This document shows, one piece after another, positions 25,239 through 32,000 of a stretch of 32,000 nt of DNA (position 1 is its first letter; the number at the start of each line of letters is the position of its first letter). Both the position numbers and the translations under genes were made by a program. The notes beneath the pieces are model-generated. The model saw only the letters and a list, made by a program, of their open reading frames with translations. It had not been told where the DNA came from and ran no database searches. This stretch comes from an uncultured Desulfobacteraceae bacterium (lineage in GTDB: Bacteria; Desulfobacterota; Desulfobacteria; Desulfobacterales; Desulfatirhabdiaceae). Location of the stretch: assembly GCA_903909505.1 (NCBI GenBank), contig CAIVVZ010000485.1:9347-41346 (forward strand), given 5' to 3'.

Positions 25239-28200
25239 ATGGAAATTAAGTGCCCTGAATGCAGCTCGCCGGAGCCGATGTGGAACAAAAAACGGCAGGT
25301 CCATGTCTGCGTGGATTGCAGTCATGAATTTACGGTCGAAAAGCCCTTTGTGCCTTACCGGGTATTCATCAGTTACGGCCATGACGAACATGCCTCGCTG
25401 GCGCTGCGGCTGCGGGATGATTTGCGAGAAAGGGGACACGAGGCATGGTTCGACGATGATCTCCTCATGCCCGGTCATGATTGGGAGTCGCATATCGAGG
25501 AGGGGCTTCAATGGGCAGCTGCGGGCAAGCCGAATGCCGCAGTGGCTCTGCTGTTGACCCCGCATTCGGTGCGCCGCCCGGACGGCTATTGCCTGAACGA
25601 GGTGGCCCGCGCCCTGATTCTGGGACTGCGGATTATCCCGCTGATGGTGGTGGAAAGCGAGCCGCCGCTCTCCATTTGCCGCATTCAGTGGCTTGACATG
25701 CGGGAGTGCATCCCGATCCATGAAAAGGAAGCACTTTATGCCCCTCGGTTCGAGCGGTTTCTGGCTGCGCTGGAGCAGGGAAAGCTGGATTTCGAGGGAG
25801 TTCAGAGTCGTCTGCTCCGCGTATTACAGCCCATCCATTTCTCCGCCGACCTGCTCAAACTGCTCCGTGATTTCACCGGGAGGCAGTGGGTGTTCGATGA
25901 GGTGGACACCTGGTTTGCCAATCCCGCCGGCGCAAAAGTGTTCTGGCTGACAGGCGCACCCGGTGTGGGCAAAAGCGCAATCGCCGCCTGGATCAGGGAG
26001 CATCGCCGTGAAGTCGCCGCCTTTCACTTCTGCGACATTTACAGCGAAGAAAAACGCAACCCCGCCAAACTCGTCTGCTCCATAGTGTACCAGCTCACAA
26101 CCCAGCTACCGGAATACGAGGCCCGTCTTGCCCGTCTCGATCTGGAGTCCATCGTTCAGGAATATCACGAGGCCTACACCCTCTTCGACAAACTCCTTGT
26201 CCAGCTTCTGGCTGACGCTTTTCCCGTCCCCGATCGCCCCATCGTCGTGCTCATTGACGCCCTTGACGAGGCCACATCCGACCGCCGCAACGAGATCGTC
26301 CGCTTCCTCAGCCAATGCGCGGACAAAACCCCTCCCTGGATGCGTTTTCTTGTCACCTCGCGCCCCGAACCGGAAATCACCGCCTCGTTCCAGGCGCTTT
26401 CCCCCTACATCCTTGACACCAGCAGAGAGGAAAACATCAACGATCTAAGACGTTACCTCATTATGGGCCTTCCCGGCATTACCCCGGAGCAGACCGGGGA
26501 AATCCTGCGCAGAAGCGAAGGCGTTTTCCTCTACGTTATCCATGTGATGGAAGCCATTCGGGGCGAAACTCTCAGCCTGCAACGCATGGAGGAATTTCCT
26601 CGCGGCCTGGGCGATGTATACCAGCGGTACTTCGATCGCCAGTTTGGAAAGGATCTGACCTACTACGAAAGCAAAATCACCCCGATTCTCCAACCCATCT
26701 TCGCAGCTTATGAGCCGCTCACCCTGAACCATCTCAAACGGATCTGTGATATCACCGACGACACCGAACTGCTGCGCCGCCTCAACCGCCTCGGTTCGCT
26801 TTTTCCCACCAGCGGCGAAGGCGAAACAGAGACAATCCGCCCCTTTCACCGTTCGCTCTGCGACTGGATCACCGACCGTAACTCCGCGGGACACTTCGTC
26901 ATCGCCATATCCGACGGCCGCCGCATCCTGGCTGAGCATTGCTGGCGCGAATTCCAGCATGGCCTGGACGCGCTTTCCCCCTACGCCCTGCGCTATTTAC
27001 CGGCTCACCTATGCGCGGCCGAACGCTGGGATGACCTGATCGGTAATGAAACGAATCCTGGCCCGCTGACAGATCTGCGCTATATCGAAGCCAAATGCAC
27101 CGCCGGATTAACGCACGATCTTGTTCGAGACTACAACTCGGCCCTCACCGACCTTCCGGAGTTCCGGGAGGAGAACGAACGGCTCCAGCGGCGGGACGAG
27201 GCAATGCATAGATACAACCAGGCCCTGCGGGATTACGCGGTAAAGCATTATGACTGGTTGCAGTCTAAAGATAGCGGTGAATTGGTCGCTGAACCAGAAT
27301 ACCCTCCGTTGCCTCCCGAGCTGCAAATCAAAGCCGAAATGGAGATCCCAGAAGAACATTCGCCACGCGCCGCCCGTTTGCGGCATTTCGCCAACTTCGT
27401 GTCGGGCCACATGAATACTCTTGCAGCGTTTCCACGCGAAACTCTGCCGCTCGCTTTCAACTATGCAGAAAATGGGCCTGTCCACGACCTTGCCAAGCGA
27501 CATATCGATGATCGCAAACTGCCTTTCCTGAAACGTTCTCCCCGCCCTCCCATGCCCCCTTTTCAACCGCAATGCATGCAAACTCTTGAAGGACACAGCG
27601 GCTCAGTCGAAAGCGTGTGCGTGTGCCCAGATGGACGCCGCGCCGTCTCGGCAAGTTGGGGCATCACCCTTCGGATATGGGACCTGCAGAGCGGACAATG
27701 CCTGCAAACACTTGTAGGACACATCTCCCGGGTCTACAGCGTATACGTGTGCCCCGATGGGCGTCACGCTGTCTCGGCAAGTGATGACAATACCCTTCGA
27801 ATCTGGGATCTGGAAAGCGGGCAATGCCTGCAAACACTTGAATGCTACAGAAACCATGTTGACAGCGTGAGCGTGTGCCCAGATGGACGCCGCGTCGTCT
27901 CGGCAAGTGCAGACAATACCCTTCGAATCTGGGACCTGCAAAGTGGACAATGCCTGTTAACACTTGTAGGCGACGATTCCCCCGTCACCAGTGTATGCGT
28001 GTGCCCAGATGGACGCCGCGCCGTCTCGGCAAGTGCAGACAATACCCTTCGAATCTGGGACCTGCAAAGTGGACAATGCCTGCAAACACTTGAATGCGAC
28101 AGCTCCCAGCACTCCCAAGTGAGCGTGTGCGTATGCCCAGATGGACGCCGCGCCGTTTCGGCAAGTGCAGAGAATACCCTTCGGATCTGGGACCTGCAAA

Positions 28201-28928
28201 GTGGACAATACCTGCAAACACTTGAAGGCCACACCGACTCGGTCTACAGCGTGTGCGTGTGCCCAGATGGACGTCGCGCCGTCTCGGCAAGTTGGGACAA
28301 AACCCTTCGAATCTGGGACCTTGAGAACGGGCAATGCCTGCAAACACTTGTAGGACACAGCTCCGGGGTCCACAGCGTGTGCGTATGCCCAGATGGACGT
28401 CGCGCCGTTTCGGCAAGTTGGGACAAAACCCTTCGAATCTGGGACCTTGAGAACGGGCAATGCCTGCAAACACTTGAATTCCAAAGCTTCTTGGACGGCA
28501 GCGTGTGCGTGTGCCCCGATGGACGCCGCGCCGTCTTGACAAGTGATTACGGTGTCCTTCGAATCTGGGACCTTCAGAGCGGCGAGATTCTGGCCATATA
28601 CTGTGGTAGTGCCGTTTCGATGACATTATCACCGGCTGGCGACCATATCATCTGCGGAACGGCGGATGGCCAGGTTCATTTCCTCACCCTTGTCAACTTC
28701 CCGCCTTCCGGCCCAGCAATCATCACCGCAATCAATTCATCCAAAGCCCGCTGCCCCTATTGCAGCAAGGAGTTTGTGCCTCCTCTGGATGTAGCCAATG
28801 CAATAAATGCTCATGCTGACTTCAGTGATCCGCAATCTGAGATCCTTTCGGCCTGCCCCAACTGCGGCAAGACACTCAAGTACAACCCATTTTTCATACA
28901 CACTTTCGAGCCAACCCAGATCCGGTGA
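25239..28928 (+). CDS. Zn-ribbon / TIR / NACHT-type STAND NTPase / WD40 beta-propeller / C-terminal Zn-ribbon (bacterial NLR-like protein)
   Basis: 1229 aa. 'CPECSS...CVDCSHEF'. TIR: 'YRVFISYGHDEHASLALRL...AWFDDD...LLLTPHSVRRPDGYCLNEVARAL'. Walker A: 'FWLTGAPGVGKSAIAAWI' (about 25952). Walker B: 'IVVLIDALDEA' (about 26241). Eight near-identical WD40 units plus one degenerate unit. C-terminal 'CPYCSKEF...CPNCGKTL'. Confidence 0.9.
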   Translation: MEIKCPECSSPEPMWNKKRQVHVCVDCSHEFTVEKPFVPYRVFISYGHDEHASLALRLRDDLRERGHEAWFDDDLLMPGHDWESHIEEGLQWAAAGKPNAAVALLLTPHSVRRPDGYCLNEVARALILGLRIIPLMVVESEPPLSICRIQWLDMRECIPIHEKEALYAPRFERFLAALEQGKLDFEGVQSRLLRVLQPIHFSADLLKLLRDFTGRQWVFDEVDTWFANPAGAKVFWLTGAPGVGKSAIAAWIREHRREVAAFHFCDIYSEEKRNPAKLVCSIVYQLTTQLPEYEARLARLDLESIVQEYHEAYTLFDKLLVQLLADAFPVPDRPIVVLIDALDEATSDRRNEIVRFLSQCADKTPPWMRFLVTSRPEPEITASFQALSPYILDTSREENINDLRRYLIMGLPGITPEQTGEILRRSEGVFLYVIHVMEAIRGETLSLQRMEEFPRGLGDVYQRYFDRQFGKDLTYYESKITPILQPIFAAYEPLTLNHLKRICDITDDTELLRRLNRLGSLFPTSGEGETETIRPFHRSLCDWITDRNSAGHFVIAISDGRRILAEHCWREFQHGLDALSPYALRYLPAHLCAAERWDDLIGNETNPGPLTDLRYIEAKCTAGLTHDLVRDYNSALTDLPEFREENERLQRRDEAMHRYNQALRDYAVKHYDWLQSKDSGELVAEPEYPPLPPELQIKAEMEIPEEHSPRAARLRHFANFVSGHMNTLAAFPRETLPLAFNYAENGPVHDLAKRHIDDRKLPFLKRSPRPPMPPFQPQCMQTLEGHSGSVESVCVCPDGRRAVSASWGITLRIWDLQSGQCLQTLVGHISRVYSVYVCPDGRHAVSASDDNTLRIWDLESGQCLQTLECYRNHVDSVSVCPDGRRVVSASADNTLRIWDLQSGQCLLTLVGDDSPVTSVCVCPDGRRAVSASADNTLRIWDLQSGQCLQTLECDSSQHSQVSVCVCPDGRRAVSASAENTLRIWDLQSGQYLQTLEGHTDSVYSVCVCPDGRRAVSASWDKTLRIWDLENGQCLQTLVGHSSGVHSVCVCPDGRRAVSASWDKTLRIWDLENGQCLQTLEFQSFLDGSVCVCPDGRRAVLTSDYGVLRIWDLQSGEILAIYCGSAVSMTLSPAGDHIICGTADGQVHFLTLVNFPPSGPAIITAINSSKARCPYCSKEFVPPLDVANAINAHADFSDPQSEILSACPNCGKTLKYNPFFIHTFEPTQIR
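27594..28607 (+). repeat. Tandem array of 8 highly conserved 126-bp (one 132-bp) WD40-coding units
   Basis: Units start at 27594, 27720, 27846, 27972, 28098, 28230, 28356 and 28482. The consensus is 'H..xVxSVCVCPDGRRAVSASxDxTLRIWDLQSGQCLQTLxG'. Units 6 and 7 differ at 2 of the 102 nt in codons 7-40. Confidence 0.9.
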
Positions 28929-29241
28929 ACCTCGTTCACATCGGCGCCCGAGCCAGGTGATACCGAATTGGATATAACCAGCATGTTTGATGCGTTACTT
29001 CCGGAAATACGCAAGATGCTGGAAAAAGTGACGAAAAAAATGGAGTCGGGCAATGATCCCGGAGAGACCATTGATGCGCTGTGAAAGGCAAGCCGGGTGA
29101 GGGTCCTGACGGTGATGCTCGTGCCCGAAGAGGCTTGCCCAAGTCATTCGAAAGTTACTTACACGGTTTATCACGACGAAATATACCTTGGACAATACCA
29201 ATGGCCGTTTGACAAAATATAGTTTGAAATATTCCTAAAAA

Positions 29242-29296
29242 TGATATAATCTAATGGTGTTTGGATTTAATATATGTCATTATCCAATGGTGTTTG
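29242..29296 (+). promoter_or_regulatory. Extended -10 promoter element plus an 11-bp direct repeat upstream of the ATPase gene
   Basis: TGATATAAT (29242-29250) matches the extended -10 TGnTATAAT. AATGGTGTTTG occurs at 29253-29263 and again at 29286-29296, a 33-bp period, just before ATG 29300. Confidence 0.35.
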
Positions 29297-29299
29297 AGC

Positions 29300-30679
29300 A
29301 TGAAAAGACAATTAGAAAATGACCTCGATGCATGGAAGGGCCGTGTTGACAGAAAGCCGTTGATCGTGCGTGGAGCGCGGCAGGTGGGCAAAACCTTTCT
29401 CGTTGAGGATTTCGGCCACCGCTGTTTTGAGTCCGTCCTGACGGTCAACCTGGAGCAAAAGGAGAACCTGCATCGTCTGTTCGAGGGGATGGAACCGCAA
29501 TGGATCATTCAGGAGCTGGGTCTGTATTTCAATCAGTCTGTTGTGCCGGGTAAGACGTTGTTGTTTCTGGACGAGGTGCAGGCCTGTCCAAAGGCTATTG
29601 CCTGCCTGCGCTATTTTCAGGAAGCGCTTCCCGACCTTCATGTCATTGCCGCCGGGTCGCTGCTGGAGTTCGCATTACGGGAATTCAAGCATTCCATGCC
29701 GGTGGGCCGCATCGAATATCTTTACCTCTATCCGCTGACCTTTTCCGAGTTTCTCTCGGCGCTCGGTGAGGACAGGCTTGTCACATGGCTGGAAAACTAC
29801 CATGTCGGCGATCCATTCAGCGATACGGCGGATATCAGACTGCGGGAATTTCTACGCCTCTATTTTTTCATCGGAGGCATGCCGGCGGCTGTCGCCGCCT
29901 ACCGGGAGCGACGGGATCTGGTCGAAGTACAGCGCGTGCTGACGTCCATTATCACCACATTGCAGGACGATTTCGCCAAATACGGCACGCGTGCACAACA
30001 GCGCAATATGCGCCGGGTTTTGCGCCATATCCCGCTGTCCATCGGACGGAAAGTGCGTTACGTGAACATTGATCGCGAGACCAGGGCGGGAGATTTGCGG
30101 ACCGCGCTTGAGTTACTTGAACTCGCTGGGTTTGTTTCTCTTGTCCGTCACAGTTCGGCGAACGGTGTGCCGCTTGGAGCCGAGGCATCGAATGACCGGT
30201 TCAAGCCGCTGCTGCTGGACATCGGGCTATGTGGAAATCTCTGTGGTTTAAATTTGCCTGATGATGCCAAACTACTGACCGTTCAGGAGGGGAGCCTGGC
30301 CGAGCAATTGGTTGGACAGGAGCTTCGAGCCGTCGGCCCATGCTTCGCCGAACACCCCCTTTTCTACTGGCACCGGGAAGCAAGGAACGCGAATGCGGAG
30401 GTGGATTATCTCTGGACCCATGATGGAATCGTTATTCCTGTGGAAGTGCGGGCCGGAACGTCGGGCAGCCTTAAATCCACACATGTCTTTCTGGCAGAGA
30501 AAGCGCGGCGTTTTGCGGTCCGCTTCAACCTGGATCGCCCGTCCATCGGTGACTTCTCTGTTGACCTTGGCAGCAAAACCGACGCAAAATCTGTATCGTA
30601 CACCCTCTTGTCCCTGCCGATTTACCTGGCCGGGCAGTTGGATCGTCTGATTCGTGAGCAATACGCCACGGGCGGATAG
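29300..30679 (+). CDS. AAA_14-type ATPase with DUF4143-like C-terminal domain
   Basis: I prefer the start at ATG 29300 ('MKRQLENDL...'). Walker A is 'RGARQVGKTFLV' and Walker B is 'LLFLDEVQ'. The C-terminal 'EVDYLWTHDGIVIPVEVRAG' is typical of the DUF4143 (restriction-endonuclease-like) module. Confidence 0.75.
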   Translation: MKRQLENDLDAWKGRVDRKPLIVRGARQVGKTFLVEDFGHRCFESVLTVNLEQKENLHRLFEGMEPQWIIQELGLYFNQSVVPGKTLLFLDEVQACPKAIACLRYFQEALPDLHVIAAGSLLEFALREFKHSMPVGRIEYLYLYPLTFSEFLSALGEDRLVTWLENYHVGDPFSDTADIRLREFLRLYFFIGGMPAAVAAYRERRDLVEVQRVLTSIITTLQDDFAKYGTRAQQRNMRRVLRHIPLSIGRKVRYVNIDRETRAGDLRTALELLELAGFVSLVRHSSANGVPLGAEASNDRFKPLLLDIGLCGNLCGLNLPDDAKLLTVQEGSLAEQLVGQELRAVGPCFAEHPLFYWHREARNANAEVDYLWTHDGIVIPVEVRAGTSGSLKSTHVFLAEKARRFAVRFNLDRPSIGDFSVDLGSKTDAKSVSYTLLSLPIYLAGQLDRLIREQYATGG

Positions 30680-30821
30680 AGGACATTACATTATTTTATC
30701 AATTGATGCTCTGAATTTAAATTGATTATTGCATTAGAATACAATCTTTTATAGAATTTCATTGCATTGGAATACAAATCACTTCATTGCCGTCCCTCAC
30801 CCGAAACAAGCGCGGAGCATC

Positions 30822-32000
30822 ATGGGCATCGACCACTTGATTCTGCTTTCCCATATGACCCTCGGGATGAAAACGGAAAAGTACAAGCGTTTCCTCCATC
30901 CAAAGCTGAGTCCCGAGTCAAGGCTTATCGGCATCAAGGGTCCGAGGGGCGCCGGAAAAACCACCCTTGTCAGGCAATATATCGAAGCCTCCGGTCATGC
31001 TGCAACGGAAGTTCTCTATATCACCGCCGATCATCCCCGTGTCAATGCAGCACGGGTTTTTGACATTGCGGAAGCCTTTGAAAAAATCGGCGGAAAACTG
31101 CTTGTGATCGATGAAATTCACAAACAAAACGGGTTCGCCGCCGATCTCAAGGCCATCTACGACACATTTCCCCTGAAGGTGGTATTTACCGGGTCCTCGG
31201 CTCTGCACATCGATCATGCCAAAGTGGACCTTTCCCGAAGGGCCGTGATTCATAGCCTTCCCTGTCTGTCATTTCGTGAATTCGTTGAGCTGGAAACCGG
31301 CATCACCCTTTCGTCGATGGACCTGAAGACGCTCGTTCAGGAGCATCCGGCAATTACCATCGACATCGTCAATCTTCTCAAAGATCATAAAATACTAAAG
31401 CTGTACCGGGACTATCTCACCTATGGCGCATATCCATTTTACCGGGAAGGGATACGGGATTATCCGATCAAGTTGATCGAGGTGGTCCGGCAGATGATCG
31501 ATTCGGATTTGTCGGTCATATACGCCATCGACAAGGAAAATATCCACAAACTGAACCGGATCATGGAACTCATCTGCCAGTCCCCGCCCATGGAACTCAA
31601 GATCACCAAACTGGCCGGTGCAGCGGGTATCAACGTTCGCACCCTTTATGCCTACCTGGGATACATGGAAACAGGAAGCCTCATCCGAAAGGTGAATTCC
31701 AAAAGCCTTTTGAACAAGCCGGAAAAACTGTATCTCGACAACCCGAACCTTTTAAGTGTACTCTGCGACAATCCCCTGGAGGGCACGATTCGGGAAACCT
31801 ATGCCGCCGCCATGATCGGCAATGCCGGATACCGCTTGCATTACCCCCCCAAGGGGGATTTCCTGGTGGAGGATAGATATCTTTTTGAAGTTGGGGGAAA
31901 AAATAAATCTTTCGGCCAGATCGCCAACATTCCGGAAAGCTATGTGCTGAGAGACGATGAGGAGTATGGCGTCGGGAACAGGATCCCGCTCTGGCTGCTG
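30822..32000 (+). CDS. Second AAA_14/DUF4143-type ATPase (3' end beyond window; not in the supplied ORF track)
   Basis: By my own translation the frame is open from ATG 30822 (GGAG 6 nt upstream) to the window end. Walker A is 'IKGPRGAGKTTLV' and Walker B is 'LLVIDEIHK'. The C-terminal 'GDFLVEDRYLFEVGGKNKSF...RIPLWLL' is typical of this family. Confidence 0.75.
   Translation, partial: MGIDHLILLSHMTLGMKTEKYKRFLHPKLSPESRLIGIKGPRGAGKTTLVRQYIEASGHAATEVLYITADHPRVNAARVFDIAEAFEKIGGKLLVIDEIHKQNGFAADLKAIYDTFPLKVVFTGSSALHIDHAKVDLSRRAVIHSLPCLSFREFVELETGITLSSMDLKTLVQEHPAITIDIVNLLKDHKILKLYRDYLTYGAYPFYREGIRDYPIKLIEVVRQMIDSDLSVIYAIDKENIHKLNRIMELICQSPPMELKITKLAGAAGINVRTLYAYLGYMETGSLIRKVNSKSLLNKPEKLYLDNPNLLSVLCDNPLEGTIRETYAAAMIGNAGYRLHYPPKGDFLVEDRYLFEVGGKNKSFGQIANIPESYVLRDDEEYGVGNRIPLWLL

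Noticed and set aside
25089-25721. 210-aa minus-strand ORF
   Set aside because: It is antisense to the Zn-ribbon/TIR start of the 25239 gene, which has strong motifs. The ORF itself has low complexity, no recognisable domain and no RBS.
27594-28607. Regular 126-bp periodicity that could be mistaken for a CRISPR-like array
   Set aside because: The whole period is conserved with no repeat/spacer alternation. It lies in one continuous reading frame and encodes canonical WD40 blades.
27603-28632. Several long minus-strand ORFs (115-215 aa) and short plus-strand ORFs across the WD40 region
   Set aside because: They are by-products of the 126-bp tandem repeat: the same open antisense frame is copied eight times. 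They overlap a plus-strand frame with clear WD40 motifs and have no motifs of their own.
28983-29084. 33-codon ORF ('MFDALLPEIRKMLEKV...') downstream of the TIR-NACHT-WD40 gene
   Set aside because: It is too short and has no RBS or recognisable motif, so a call cannot be supported from sequence alone.
30767-31253. Track ORFs 30767-31063 (+) and 30918-31253 (-)
   Set aside because: Both overlap the frame opening at ATG 30822, which carries clear Walker A/B motifs and remains open to the window end.

Overview
Bacterial chromosomal window, GC-rich by eye. A Desulfobacterales-like origin is only a weak guess. Coding is almost entirely on the + strand. After a partial cobQ and a minus-strand HigB/HigA-like toxin-antitoxin pair, nearly the whole window is a dense conflict/defence-type island. 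It holds six intact or nearly intact TIR or TIR-like modules plus one TIR remnant, two STAND NTPases (nSTAND-TM-TPR and TIR-NACHT-WD40) and two RyR-domain proteins. It also holds a RelA/SpoT-TPR-SLOG-RyR fusion with an adjacent HD small-alarmone-hydrolase, a pseudokinase-protease-TPR membrane protein, a Phd/VapC module and two AAA_14/DUF4143-type ATPases. Several decay and rearrangement scars are visible: an internally collapsed copy of the RelA/SpoT-SLOG gene, a collapsed M20 peptidase, a truncated Zn-ribbon-TIR copy, a frameshifted small TIR gene and a NUDIX gene with an in-frame stop. I found no rRNA, tRNA, CRISPR array, transposase or integrase. The best candidate for an undescribed system is the same-strand block 5771-14449. 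Its order is TIR-like-TM, TIR-TM, RelA/SpoT-TPR-SLOG-RyR, ankyrin-TIR, then the hydrolase. It has Thoeris-like signal/sensor logic but a RelA/SpoT-type effector. A second candidate is the PfkB-like-AAA+-RyR gene with a small TIR partner (21912-25084). All domain calls come from motif recognition by eye, not from database searches.
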